Positions 29,488 to 39,696 are shown, counted from the stretch's first letter. The stretch: DNA of 64,000 nt from Pseudomonadota bacterium (GCA_039799905.1 JBDLRP010000046.1:39756-103755), one strand, 5' to 3'. Made by a program: numbers and translations. Notes: generated from the sequence alone by a model not told the origin.

Positions 29488-30102
29488 CTATTTTTTGGCC
29501 TGTGACTGCGCAGCAACGGCCTGCAGGTTCAACTCAATCAACACTTCATCCCCGACCGTTGGTCCTGCCTCGACCATCATATTCCAAATCAGACCAAAGT
29601 CCTTCCGATTGATCTTTGTCTTGCCTTTGAATGCGACCTTCCGATTGCCATAGCCATCTGTCACCTGACCCAAATACACTGAATCAAAACTGACCCTTTT
29701 TTTAATCCCCCTTATCGTGAGGTCACCCTCGATTTTAAAGCCCTCGGGTGTTCCACTGATTGAAGTGGAATCAAATGAAATCTTCGGATACTTTTGAACA
29801 TCAAAGAAATCGGGACTCTTGAGATGATCGTCGCGCTTTGCGACGCCTGTATCAACAGAAGAGACATCAACCTGAGTTGACACCTTGGACTTGGCAAAAT
29901 TCTCTTCTATCTGCACTTTTCCCTCAAAAACCTTAAAATTTCCCTGAACGCTCGAAATCACCAAATGCGGCACCTCGAATCCCACTCTCGAGTGGGTTGG
30001 GTCGATTTGATATTGGCCAGCCGCCGGCTTCCCTTTTGCAAGTGCAACGGGTGACATAGCTGTTGAAACAGAAATCGCAGCAAGAATGATTGAATTCTTC
30101 AT
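29488..30102 (-). CDS. YceI family periplasmic lipid/quinone-binding protein
   Basis: YQIDPTHS.VGF...HL..S.V.G.F, SVDTG...RDDHLKSPDFFD..KYP, INRKDFG. Confidence 0.93.
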   Translation of the reverse strand: MKNSIILAAISVSTAMSPVALAKGKPAAGQYQIDPTHSRVGFEVPHLVISSVQGNFKVFEGKVQIEENFAKSKVSTQVDVSSVDTGVAKRDDHLKSPDFFDVQKYPKISFDSTSISGTPEGFKIEGDLTIRGIKKRVSFDSVYLGQVTDGYGNRKVAFKGKTKINRKDFGLIWNMMVEAGPTVGDEVLIELNLQAVAAQSQAKK

Positions 30103-30229
30103 GGGTGTCTCCTCTTTGGTTGTCGACCATCGACATTGAGATCATCGTTCATTTTTAAAATTTGATAAGATAGAATAAAGCAAACAGATTGTTCGCCTGT
30201 TCGAACAATCGAAAAATGCGGAGTTTTGT

Positions 30230-31114
30230 GTGATAGATCTCAATCGCAGCTGGATGTTTCTGGAAGTGGCACGGAGTGGCAGTTTCACGGCAGCGGCCAA
30301 AACGCTTGGCATACCGAAATCAACCTTAAGCGAGAAAATCACAGCACTTGAGGAGTCACTTGGAACGACACTCATCGTGCGCACCACGAGGTCGCTGAGG
30401 CTCACTGATGCAGGACACGTCTATGCGCGGATGATTTCGGTCGGACTCGAACAAATTTTACTCGCCAAAGATGAAATTGGCCGCCGTAAAAACATTCCGA
30501 GTGGAAAAATTAAGGTTTCTCTTCTGCCAAATCTCGCAAACTCACAGTTTCCCGAGAAACTCGCCGGATTCTTGAATGCCTATCCGGATGTGACTCTCGA
30601 ACTCGATTTCTCGGACAGAGTTGTCAATATTCTTGAAGAGGGCTTCGATATCTGCGTGCGCGCAGGGCACTCGGAGGATTCGTCATTGCGGTCCAAGAGA
30701 ATCCGCCGTGACCGTTCAATATTGGTCTGCAGTCAGGACTATGCCAAGAGAGCGGGAGTTCCCGCAACTATTACCGAGCTGAGAAATCATCAGCTGGTCA
30801 ATTGGAACTCAGATACTTCCATTTGGGATTTGGAACATCAGGGGCGGCAGAGGGCAAAAATCAAAGTTAAGAGCCGCCTCTTTGCCAACAATGTTGAAGC
30901 CGTGATGAAGATCGTCTCCGGCGGATTCGGAATCGCACTTCTCCCGAGTGAGATCTGCACAGAACTGCTTCAAAGGAAGCAATTGGTTCAGGTCTTGCCC
31001 CAGTGGGGAAGCAAGGAGTTCTTCGTCTACATTGTTTATCCGGCACAAAAGCAGGAAGCAGCTAAACTGAAAGCATTCATGCCTTGGCTCGAACGCGCCT
31101 TGAAAAACATCTGA
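30230..31114 (+). CDS. LysR family regulator (CrgA/DmlR-like), divergent from yceI-DODA
   Basis: GSFTAAAKTLGIPKSTLSEKITALEESLGTTLIVRTTRSLRLT; YPDVTLELDFSDRVVNILEEGFDICVR. Confidence 0.93.
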   Translation: MIDLNRSWMFLEVARSGSFTAAAKTLGIPKSTLSEKITALEESLGTTLIVRTTRSLRLTDAGHVYARMISVGLEQILLAKDEIGRRKNIPSGKIKVSLLPNLANSQFPEKLAGFLNAYPDVTLELDFSDRVVNILEEGFDICVRAGHSEDSSLRSKRIRRDRSILVCSQDYAKRAGVPATITELRNHQLVNWNSDTSIWDLEHQGRQRAKIKVKSRLFANNVEAVMKIVSGGFGIALLPSEICTELLQRKQLVQVLPQWGSKEFFVYIVYPAQKQEAAKLKAFMPWLERALKNI

Positions 31115-31206
31115 CGCACGCGGTGCCTGGTCTTGTGCACGGATCAAAGTAATTTCGATTTGTCTAACCGCGGCCTCGTGCAGCCCTGAAATTTTTTAAA
31201 AGCTCG

Positions 31207-32454
31207 CTACCTGCGCTCCCGATGCGGAGGACGCTGCGCTTGCCTTTGTCCCTGAGGGCGCCCTCTATTCTGCTGAACCGGAGGTCTGGCATTGGAGTTC
31301 TGCGCGGCGGGTGAATGAAAAGGATGTTCTAAATTGACAAAGATAGATTTCTTGATGACCTTTTCGATTTGCCGCAGATAGGCAATCTCCTCTGCATCAC
31401 AAAATGAAATAGCGACACCAGATGTCCCCGCACGCGCCGTGCGGCCGATGCGGTGAACATAAGTCTCGGGTTCATTCGGCAATTCAAAATTGATGACGTG
31501 AGAAATGTTGTCGACGTCAATTCCGCGCGCCGCGATATCGGTGGCTATCAATGCACGCAATTGTCCGACTTTGAAATCGTTCAGGGCATTTTGTCTTGCC
31601 GACTGTGATTTATTCCCGTGAATCGCGCGCGATGGAACACCCACTTTGTCGAGAAACTCTGCAACCTTGTTGGCACCGTGTTTGGTGCGTGTGAAGATGA
31701 TCACTCGCCTGAAATCTTTGCCTGCAAACAAATGCGCCAAAAGTTCCCGTTTGTCCCCTTTGTCGACGAACATCACGCTCTGATTAATGAGCTCTGCCGT
31801 GGTGGATGGCGGAGTCACCGCAACCCTGACTGGATTGACGAGAATAGAATTGACCAACCTGTCCATTTCCGGCGGCATGCTCGCTGAAAATAGTAGATTG
31901 TGTCTTTGTTTTGGCAAAAGCGCGAGAATTTTGCGGATATCGTGAATAAAACCCATGTCCAGCATGCGGTCCGCTTCGTCAAGAACAAACGCCTCAACAC
32001 CCGCGAGTGAAACGTGCCCCTGATTGAGAAGGTCAAGAAGCCGCCCTGGAGTCGCAACGAGCACGTCTGCGCCGGTGCTCAAGGTATGCACCTGAGGCAC
32101 CTGACTCACGCCGCCAAATGCCAAGGCCAGTTTGATTTTGAGGGATTCACCGTACGTTTGAAAACTCTCATGTACCTGAATGGCAAGCTCACGGGTTGGC
32201 GCAAGTACAAGCATGCGCACGTGTTTTGCAACCCTGCGCTTCGGATTTTGTGCGAGTATTTGAAGCAGCGGCAGGGAAAATGCGGCCGTCTTTCCAGTCC
32301 CCGTTTGCGCGATTCCGAGCAAATCTCTTCCCTCAAGCAGATGGGGAATCACTTTGACCTGAATCGGTGTTGGCTTGCTGTAGCCGCTGCGCTCCACAGA
32401 CTTGAGCAAAGGCTCTATGAGTTTCAGTTCTGCAAAAGTTTCAATCGTGTTCAA
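31207..32454 (-). CDS. rhlE: DEAD-box RNA helicase, RhlE-like
   Basis: PTPIQ, AQTGTGKT, PTRELA, TPGRLLD, LDEADRMLDMGF, ARGID, YVHRIGRTARAG. Confidence 0.9.
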   Translation of the reverse strand: MNTIETFAELKLIEPLLKSVERSGYSKPTPIQVKVIPHLLEGRDLLGIAQTGTGKTAAFSLPLLQILAQNPKRRVAKHVRMLVLAPTRELAIQVHESFQTYGESLKIKLALAFGGVSQVPQVHTLSTGADVLVATPGRLLDLLNQGHVSLAGVEAFVLDEADRMLDMGFIHDIRKILALLPKQRHNLLFSASMPPEMDRLVNSILVNPVRVAVTPPSTTAELINQSVMFVDKGDKRELLAHLFAGKDFRRVIIFTRTKHGANKVAEFLDKVGVPSRAIHGNKSQSARQNALNDFKVGQLRALIATDIAARGIDVDNISHVINFELPNEPETYVHRIGRTARAGTSGVAISFCDAEEIAYLRQIEKVIKKSIFVNLEHPFHSPAAQNSNARPPVQQNRGRPQGQRQAQRPPHRERR

Positions 32455-32519
32455 AAAAATCCTCTTCTTCTAAAATGAGTGCTGCCATGCGGTGAATCCG
32501 CAAACGGGGCACCAAAGCA

Positions 32520-33968
32520 TTAAAACCCGCGTCCACGAGGCGCTGCAAGTACCTGCGCTTCTGTCGCCTTCACAGGTAGATTCTTGATCTTCCGGCCCAT
32601 GAGCTTTGTCATGACACTGCGGGCGAGATTTTGCGATACCTCTATGTGCGTGAAATGGTCGAAAATAAAGATACCGCCAACATCCTCACGGGTCAGACCG
32701 ATATCTTTGGTGAGCGCTCCGAGAAAATCGCCTGGCCGCAGTTTGCTCGATTTGCCGCGGTTGACGTGAATTTTGACAAAGCTACGAGCCGCAGACTGCG
32801 CAGCGGCATCAACAGAATTCAATTCGAAAGTGGTTAATTTTATGTCTGTTCCGTTGAGGATATCCTGCAGAAAATTTGCCGACTGGGGCGTGCACAGATT
32901 CAACGTCCAGCCACTCTTTCCGGCACGCCCGGAGCGACCCGAACGGTGGAGATACTCCTGCTGGGTCGATGGAAGCTCATAATTGATGACCACCGACAAA
33001 TCACAAACATCGATTCCCCGAGATGCGAGGTTTGTGGCCACAAGATACTGCACGCCTCCCGATTTAAAACGGCGCATCATAGTCGAGCGTTCAATTTGTC
33101 CCAGCTCACCCGAAAGACCAACTGCTGAAATGCCAGCCTCCTGCAAAAATTCGGTGACCCTTTGCACTGTTTCGCGTGTCTGACAAAAAATGATTCCGGA
33201 CAGTTCGGGATGCCCTATCTGGCGCAATAAATCGCCCAGAGCGCTTAAACGGTCCTGTCCGCCTTTGAGGATAATCTTTTCGTGCTTGACGATTGCCGTT
33301 GCCGATTCAAGCGATTTCAGCGGACCTTGTGCGACGGGGCGCACATCGATTCTTTGTCCTCTATGCACCAAACGGTTTTGCAGGCGGCTCTGCCCTTCGG
33401 ACTCTGTGGCCGAAAAAAGAGCAGCCTGAATCTTGTTCGGCAAATGATCACAAATCGACTTCACCTGCGCTTCGAATCCCATTCCGACCATTACATCGGC
33501 TTCATCCAATACGATTGAACGCAAGCCCGAAGTCTTGAGAACGTCTTGTTCGATGAGCTCAAGTGCACGCCCAGGCGTTGCGACAACAACGGCAGGATTC
33601 TTCAGGATCTCAGCCTTTTGAGTTTCAGCTTTCTGGCCACCAAACACGGTGCGGATCTGAATACTGCGCTCGCCTGTCTGGGGAAGGATGGTCGCGACTT
33701 TTGTGGCAACCTGGGCGATCTGCGAGCCAAGCTCACGCGTCGGTGCAAGGATAAGGAGTTGTGTCTCGCAAACCTCGGCATCCAAGCGCTCCATCAGCGG
33801 AATCAAAAAAGCCAATGTTTTACCGGAACCTGTCGGCGACAACGCCAAAACGGAATGACCCGCAGACAGAACAGGAATGGCGGCACTCTGGATGGGTGTC
33901 GACTCGGTGAATCCCATTTCTGTCAAAACGGAGTGAATCTGTGATTCGTTGCAAGTTTCTATTGTCAT
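32520..33968 (-). CDS. dbpA: DEAD-box RNA helicase with DbpA RNA-binding domain
   Basis: SPTGSGKT, LDEAD, FSAT, HRSGRSGRAG and C-terminal GKSSKLRPGDFLGALT...GGIFIFD (DbpA RNA-binding domain). Confidence 0.85.
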   Translation of the reverse strand: MTIETCNESQIHSVLTEMGFTESTPIQSAAIPVLSAGHSVLALSPTGSGKTLAFLIPLMERLDAEVCETQLLILAPTRELGSQIAQVATKVATILPQTGERSIQIRTVFGGQKAETQKAEILKNPAVVVATPGRALELIEQDVLKTSGLRSIVLDEADVMVGMGFEAQVKSICDHLPNKIQAALFSATESEGQSRLQNRLVHRGQRIDVRPVAQGPLKSLESATAIVKHEKIILKGGQDRLSALGDLLRQIGHPELSGIIFCQTRETVQRVTEFLQEAGISAVGLSGELGQIERSTMMRRFKSGGVQYLVATNLASRGIDVCDLSVVINYELPSTQQEYLHRSGRSGRAGKSGWTLNLCTPQSANFLQDILNGTDIKLTTFELNSVDAAAQSAARSFVKIHVNRGKSSKLRPGDFLGALTKDIGLTREDVGGIFIFDHFTHIEVSQNLARSVMTKLMGRKIKNLPVKATEAQVLAAPRGRGF

Positions 33969-34216
33969 TGGATTTCCTAAAGGCTGAACGTCCACCTGAG
34001 GGGTGTAGGAAGTTTTCCAACGAAAAGATACGCTTATTTCAACGAGGACCGACTCAAAGACGGTTGCATTGCGACGTTTATGTGCAGAATAATAATTCTA
34101 AAATTCCACCAATCTTATTAAATATCCATAAACATTGATATAAATCTATATTTTAATGTTTATAATTTTTCTGCCAACATCGCATTTGGAGAGTGCTCCG
34201 CTTCTTGCGGAGCCGT

Positions 34217-34759
34217 TCATTCCGCGCAGACCGCCTCGAATGAAATCTTGTCTTCCCAGCGGCCAAACATGACGCCATTGCGCTTGCTGTAGTCAAATCG
34301 GAGAACTTTTGTGTTCTGATCGAACGTCACAGTGTGCAGGTCCACATAGCCCTTGCGTGAATTATCTGGATATTTTGTCCGGTGGCTCTCCATGTAAAAG
34401 AACCCGTCTGTGAAGTCGATCACGCTGTAATCAATCACTGAACGGAAGTTGTGCCGACCGTCGGGACTGTCGAAGGTAAAGGTTTGTTTCTCTCCAGCGA
34501 CAGGCGTGATTTCGAAGTGGCTGAAAAACCACGGAATCATGTCGCCGCCGAAAGGTCCGCCGCTCTTCTCAATTTTGCTCAAGCAGACGTCGACGCGCTG
34601 GATCATTGCGCCAGATACAAGGTCCGGCGTTTCGCGGATCGTACAGCGTTTGAGGAGCCGATGACGACTTTGATTGCCTTCTGTGCATGGGGATGCAAAA
34701 GCTGAAACAGATGCGCCAGTACACAACGAGACCAAGACCGATACAACGGACGATTTCAT
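34217..34759 (-). CDS. hypothetical secreted protein
   Basis: AAAGG RBS before ATG 34759, signal peptide ending AFA|S, four Cys in the mature part. No family recognised. Confidence 0.6.
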   Translation of the reverse strand: MKSSVVSVLVSLCTGASVSAFASPCTEGNQSRHRLLKRCTIRETPDLVSGAMIQRVDVCLSKIEKSGGPFGGDMIPWFFSHFEITPVAGEKQTFTFDSPDGRHNFRSVIDYSVIDFTDGFFYMESHRTKYPDNSRKGYVDLHTVTFDQNTKVLRFDYSKRNGVMFGRWEDKISFEAVCAE

Positions 34760-34824
34760 ATTGACACCTTTGGTTATTGTTCTGAGGGCGCATTCTGCTT
34801 GCAAGACGAAAGATCAGTCAACAA

Positions 34825-35235
34825 TCAACGCTCTACAAAATAATAATTTTCAACAATTTCAACATTACTCCCGAGCGTGAGTCGCACTGGGCACGTCCGT
34901 CCGGCATCCTCGCACAGCCTTTTTTGCTCCTCCGAAGTGGCACCCCGAATGGTGTATTCGACCTTCAAGTGGCGAATTTGCCGCGGGTTCGCCTGCATGA
35001 TTTTTTCCAGCGTAAACGATACCTCGATGGCAAAACCGGCTCTTTGAGCCGCCATGCCCATAATCGTCGTCGCGCACGCCGCAAGGCTCGCAGCGCATAA
35101 ATCGGTGGGAGAAAATTGCGAGCCATCACCGCCGTTGTCTTTGGGTGCGGTTGTGCGGATGATTGCACCCGAGTCCGGATGATGTATCTCGACGCTTGTC
35201 GGTGTAAGAGAGTGGCCTTTCATCAACACGCCCAT
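34825..35235 (-). CDS. OsmC family protein
   Basis: TTAPKDNGGDGSQFSPTDLCAASLAAC and TCPVRLTL. AGGAG RBS before ATG 35235. Confidence 0.9.
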   Translation of the reverse strand: MGVLMKGHSLTPTSVEIHHPDSGAIIRTTAPKDNGGDGSQFSPTDLCAASLAACATTIMGMAAQRAGFAIEVSFTLEKIMQANPRQIRHLKVEYTIRGATSEEQKRLCEDAGRTCPVRLTLGSNVEIVENYYFVER

Positions 35236-35382
35236 GGCAAGAACTCCTATGTTTGTGGGGATGCTATCATGAAGATTTTCATTCTTGGAAATTGACACGC
35301 CGCTCAGCTTTCCTCAGTCGCTCGAATTGAGCCTTGAATTTTGTTTGACGATTGCTCCTTAGCGGCTCGGTAAACTAGTTGT

Positions 35383-36333
35383 ATGTTTGCATCGGAATTC
35401 ACTTGGATTGGTGATCATCCTTTGAAATTTTCAACTCTCTTTTGCGCACTGTTGTTGACGGCCCCCATGCACAAGGCACTTGCCGTTGATGTGGAACATT
35501 TGATGAAATCCGGAGGAGAGGCTTTTGATTCCATCAAATCAAAAGGCCAACAAATGTATGAAAGCGGGAAATCAACCACCGGTGAGCTGCTCGACAAGGG
35601 TAAGGAAACGACCGGAGAGCTGTATGAGAAGGGCAAAGAAACCACCGGAGAGCTGTATGAGAAGGGCAAAGAAACCACCGGAGAAATAATCGACAAGGGA
35701 AAGAAAACCGCCGTAGATACATACGATAAGACCGTTGAAATGGTGAAAAAGGAACGCACCTCGCGTGACAACCGGAAAGACTCGTTTCTGACCCTGAACT
35801 TGAGCCCATTTGTTTATTTTTCACTTCCTTTGCCGAAATCCGGCTTTCAAATAGGTTGGGTGATCAATGAAGGTTGGACTGTTGATCCGGAATACCTGTC
35901 CGGCAGTTTTGGTTTCGATGTCGCAAAAATTTCGATTGGTGAAATCTCCGAAACACTCATCAGCCTTCCCCTCAGATACTTTCCGGGCAACAATTTCAAC
36001 TGGAAATTCGGCGGTACATACCGAAAACTTACAGCCGTTCTTGGCAACACCATCCTTGAAAAGATTGTCAATCGCCCCACCACACTCGACTTACTGGAAT
36101 ACAAGTTTTATTCGATCAATTTAGGCCTAGGAAACAGATGGCAATTGAACAATGGAATCACGCTCGGTGCAGACTGGCTCGATTTCAACATCCCCGTTTC
36201 AGTCGAAAGGAACGAAATCATAACATCGTACATCACAGATGAAAATGACAGGAAAAATGTCCGGAGGGGAATCGATATTTTAACTGCCCTTCAGTTCACG
36301 GCGCTCAAATTGCAGATTGGATATACCTTTTGA
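35383..36333 (+). CDS. secreted protein with 11-aa amphipathic repeats and a C-terminal outer-membrane beta-barrel-like domain
   Basis: Signal ending ALA|V, (GELYEKGKETT)n repeats, beta-strand-rich C-terminus ending LQIGYTF. Confidence 0.7.
   Translation: MFASEFTWIGDHPLKFSTLFCALLLTAPMHKALAVDVEHLMKSGGEAFDSIKSKGQQMYESGKSTTGELLDKGKETTGELYEKGKETTGELYEKGKETTGEIIDKGKKTAVDTYDKTVEMVKKERTSRDNRKDSFLTLNLSPFVYFSLPLPKSGFQIGWVINEGWTVDPEYLSGSFGFDVAKISIGEISETLISLPLRYFPGNNFNWKFGGTYRKLTAVLGNTILEKIVNRPTTLDLLEYKFYSINLGLGNRWQLNNGITLGADWLDFNIPVSVERNEIITSYITDENDRKNVRRGIDILTALQFTALKLQIGYTF
35578..35709 (+). repeat. 33-bp coding tandem repeat, four units (units 2 and 3 identical)
   Basis: accggagagctgtatgagaagggcaaagaaacc at 35611 and 35644, with degenerate copies at 35578 and 35677. 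Confidence 0.9.
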
Positions 36334-36383
36334 GAAATGCGCTACATCGCAAAAAGTAAATTTAAAAAATCTTCTCCTCTCCA

Positions 36384-37067
36384 TCAAAACTCAATCACCA
36401 TGTGAATCTGCAGCGGCTGGGTGGGAACTTGCTGAGAACGATCGGAAGGAGCGGCGACGGGGGAGTACTGCGGTGACGAAAGAACGTCGACCAGACACGA
36501 CTGTTGTTCTTCCGAGAGAGTCACGGTCGTGTTGATAAGAAGAAGTGAGTGATCTGAAACGCGCCCGTTGGCAGGATTGAACGTCGCGCTCCAACGAACA
36601 CCTCCGCCACGCTGGGCACCTTTTAAACAGTCGGAAAGGCGCGGACTCCTCGCCAACACCTGCCTACGCAGGGCCTCAAACCACTCGGGTGCAGCCTGTT
36701 CACGCACCGTAAATTGGCCACGCTGAAGCTCACCCTGTTTGCCGCGCTCCGCCTTTGGAGTTTCGGGACGCACAGTCCTGAGAACAGGTGCCTTGCTGCC
36801 GGATGGTTGTGGTTGAGTGTCAGGCTGAGGGACAGCTGTTGGAGTGCAAGAGCAGCGGCTGATAACCAGCACAGCGATCGCGGCAACAATCAACAAAGCA
36901 GCGACCAGCCTGCCCCTTTTTGTCTTTTTAGGAAACCGCTTCTCAATGCGCTCTCGATGGACATTCTGCGCTTGAACGAGTGACGCCTTTAACTTTTCGA
37001 GCCGTTCGCGCGCTGCTCTTTTTGCAGAGCTCTGATCAGATTTTGGATCCAGCGGGCGTTGCGTCAC
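36384..37067 (-). CDS. bitopic membrane protein with Pro-rich linker and TonB-C/AgmX-PglI-like C-terminal domain (operon gene 12)
   Basis: Basic N-terminus, one TM (LVAALLIVAAIAVLVI), PQPDTQPQP linker, then LSDCL...GGVRW.ATF...GRV...SCLVDVL...IHMVIEF. Confidence 0.6.
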   Translation of the reverse strand: MTQRPLDPKSDQSSAKRAARERLEKLKASLVQAQNVHRERIEKRFPKKTKRGRLVAALLIVAAIAVLVISRCSCTPTAVPQPDTQPQPSGSKAPVLRTVRPETPKAERGKQGELQRGQFTVREQAAPEWFEALRRQVLARSPRLSDCLKGAQRGGGVRWSATFNPANGRVSDHSLLLINTTVTLSEEQQSCLVDVLSSPQYSPVAAPSDRSQQVPTQPLQIHMVIEF

Positions 37068-37070
37068 GGC

Positions 37071-38963
37071 TTACTCCACAATTTTCCAGCCAAGCACAAG
37101 CGATTCTCCCGCAGACCACTGTTCGGGCACAACCAAGATCGGAGCAAAAGGCTGTGGCGAAGAAGGTTTGGGAGCAGCGTATGGCCAGGGCAGTGGGTCG
37201 GTCGGTGCAACTCTGACGTGACCCACAAAGACGCCGTCCTGCGGATTGTACCCGCGTGCCTTTGTGGCCATCGACGACGCAGAATCGGTCGAAAGAACCC
37301 GCAGAATCTCGTGAGCCCTCTTTGAAAGCTTCTGCAGATTTTCGCCGACCCGTCCTTTTATTTTTCCGCTGCCATCCTGCAAATCAGAGAGCTTCTGCAG
37401 AATCGGCGCCATGCGCGTGCGGACCTGCGTATCTTCAGATTCAATTCTGTCCAGCAGCAAACCAGTGAAGCGCAATGTACTGTAAGGTTCTTCTTCCAAC
37501 CGACGCATCAGCCGGCGTGCAAATTCCTTCACCTCGCCTTTGGCCAGCAACAACAGTTGTTCCACACGGATTGCCGCGGCACTCCTCATGCGCAGTAGAG
37601 TCATCAACCGCTCGAATGAGCGCACGTCGGATCGCAGCGCTGCGCGCCATGCGAGATCTTCGAAAATCACCGAGTAGGCATCCTTGGGTAAGACTTCTTT
37701 GAGCACTGCCACCAGATCGGGAGTAACCCTCCACGTTCCAGAAATGTAGCTAATCCAACGTCTTGCCAATTGAGAGGCGACGGAATCATCACCCTCTTCC
37801 TGTCCGCTGTAGTTGATGGCGAGTCCGAGGTTCTTCAGGGCGTTGTGTACGTCACCGTTTTCCAAAGCGGCAAGCCCCCGCCGGAGGGCAATTGCCGGCC
37901 GTCCGAGAAATCCGCTCTGCTTGTCGAGCGAAAGCAAACGGCTTCCGCGCTCGCCTGACCAGATCTCACGCAACTCTGCTGGACTCGCATCCACGCTGTA
38001 TAAACCGATCCAGTTGCTCAACTCGCTGCCGACCTGTTGATCGATCAGTGCATCGAGAATGGGAATAATTTTTCGTCTGTCGGATACCCTGTCCGAACTC
38101 CCGGCAAAGACTTTTTCGAATAAGAAAAGCCGACGCGATGAGGGCAGCGCCATCCAGTCGGCTACCGTCCATTCCTCGGCGTCTGCGAGTATTTTTTCGC
38201 TTTCCTCGGTCAATTCGGAGCGGCCCATCAAAAACAAATGCAAATCGAAAATACGCGCCTGCAGCACGGGGATCCCCTGAACGTCGCGCATCTCAGAACT
38301 CGCCTTGTTAAGAACATCAATCATCAATTTTGCTGCTTGCGGTCGGGCAAGCTGCGTTTCTTCTAACAAATAGTTGAAGTAGTCCATACCACCACGGCTC
38401 AGGATATTGATGACCGAGCAACTCCCTTCGGGGAATTTGAGTGTGTTCAACTCCTCGGGCGAGAGAACGTCCCGTGCAGAAATTTTTCGTTCCTGTCGGC
38501 CACTGGAAAAGGCGGCGAACGGACTCACCGGCGGAGCCGGTTGTCCCCTGAAGAGAGAATTTAAAATCAAATTATGGACCGCCACAGTCCACAGACCATG
38601 TGCGTCTTGAGGCATGTCTTCAGGACACACTTTGAGTCTCGCCATCGCCAGCCAAGCGGCAGATGCTACGGTAGACTCCTGCACCGGAGCCGAGCCGCGA
38701 ACACTCGTCAGTGTATTCTTCAAAAACCACACTTTAAGTGCATCTTCGTAGCGGCGTGCGGCAATGAATGCGCGAGAACTGAGAAGCAATTGCTGGTCGA
38801 CGGCTTTTTCGCGTTGGCCGGACTCCTGGAGCGATAAATTTTCGCGGAGCGAGGGCGACGACCGCGCAGAAGAAACTTCTGCACACACCCCCACAGAGCT
38901 CCCAGAAAAGCAGGCTGCAATGAGCAAAAAAACAGCCGATTTATCTGCGACCCTAACGCGCAT
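37071..38963 (-). CDS. large secreted alpha-helical (TPR-like) hypothetical protein (operon gene 11)
   Basis: Signal-like N-terminus, helical repeats (RRGLAALENGDVHNALKNLGLA), Pro-rich C-terminus. Start overlaps the upstream stop. Confidence 0.7.
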   Translation of the reverse strand: MRVRVADKSAVFLLIAACFSGSSVGVCAEVSSARSSPSLRENLSLQESGQREKAVDQQLLLSSRAFIAARRYEDALKVWFLKNTLTSVRGSAPVQESTVASAAWLAMARLKVCPEDMPQDAHGLWTVAVHNLILNSLFRGQPAPPVSPFAAFSSGRQERKISARDVLSPEELNTLKFPEGSCSVINILSRGGMDYFNYLLEETQLARPQAAKLMIDVLNKASSEMRDVQGIPVLQARIFDLHLFLMGRSELTEESEKILADAEEWTVADWMALPSSRRLFLFEKVFAGSSDRVSDRRKIIPILDALIDQQVGSELSNWIGLYSVDASPAELREIWSGERGSRLLSLDKQSGFLGRPAIALRRGLAALENGDVHNALKNLGLAINYSGQEEGDDSVASQLARRWISYISGTWRVTPDLVAVLKEVLPKDAYSVIFEDLAWRAALRSDVRSFERLMTLLRMRSAAAIRVEQLLLLAKGEVKEFARRLMRRLEEEPYSTLRFTGLLLDRIESEDTQVRTRMAPILQKLSDLQDGSGKIKGRVGENLQKLSKRAHEILRVLSTDSASSMATKARGYNPQDGVFVGHVRVAPTDPLPWPYAAPKPSSPQPFAPILVVPEQWSAGESLVLGWKIVE

Positions 38964-39696
38964 AGCCGAGTCCAATTGTCAGGTCGGCATGTTTCGGCAT
39001 GGCCGTTCCAAGTATGGAGAGTGCGAGCATTGCTTTTGAACTGATGATAAGACCGCCCGAAGTGTAGAGGTGCAGGTTAAATCCTGTCAAAACGGCAATC
39101 TTTGCTGAATCAATTTTCATTGCCGCAGGTGCCGACGGAGAGAGCCGCTCTTTGTCGGACTCCGAGAGACGGGTGGCAATCAGTGATTTAAAACCATTGG
39201 AAAAACCCTGCCCCGACAAGAGTGAAGGGTAGATCATGTAGCGCACATCAGCCGCAAGAGAGAAAACCATTTGTGCCGCAGGCATAAAATCGGGCCTGAA
39301 AGTCACCACTCCCTCGGCTACCGGATAAAAACCACTCAGTTCCAATTCCCATCGTTCCGGTCGACCGGTTTGCCGGTAAGGCATCAAGGCAATCGCATCA
39401 GCAGACTCAGTCGAGAAGACAAAAGCCTTGGCCAAGCCGAGGCCGATCGTCATATTTTCCGAGGGAAACTGAACGGCAGCAGCTGCTCTGTAGGTCTCAA
39501 AATTGTTGTACTCAACCGGCTGCCCAACATTTGCAAAAACAAGGGATTGCTTCTTCCGCCAATCAAAACGGACAGACTTTCCTGCCACGCCGACGGTTCG
39601 CTCGACCAAAGCGGGAAACGGAATGACGTTCTCGGCAGCAAGTGCAGCCGACGGCCAGAGGAGTGCCAGTGAGAGAAGATTTCTTTTAAGGATCAA
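38953..39696 (-). CDS. putative outer-membrane beta-barrel protein (operon gene 10)
   Basis: AGGAGG RBS before in-frame TTG 39696, signal ending ALA|A, alternating beta-strands ending LTIGLGYAR. The longer ORF to 39972 only overlaps the upstream gene. Confidence 0.65.
   Translation of the reverse strand: MILKRNLLSLALLWPSAALAAENVIPFPALVERTVGVAGKSVRFDWRKKQSLVFANVGQPVEYNNFETYRAAAAVQFPSENMTIGLGLAKAFVFSTESADAIALMPYRQTGRPERWELELSGFYPVAEGVVTFRPDFMPAAQMVFSLAADVRYMIYPSLLSGQGFSNGFKSLIATRLSESDKERLSPSAPAAMKIDSAKIAVLTGFNLHLYTSGGLIISSKAMLALSILGTAMPKHADLTIGLGYAR

Noticed and set aside
31207..32454. SAS instead of SAT in helicase motif III as a sign of inactivation
   Set aside because: A conservative change, with all other motifs intact.
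35578..35709. CRISPR array
   Set aside because: The 33-bp units are contiguous with no spacers, in frame inside a CDS, and no cas genes are present.
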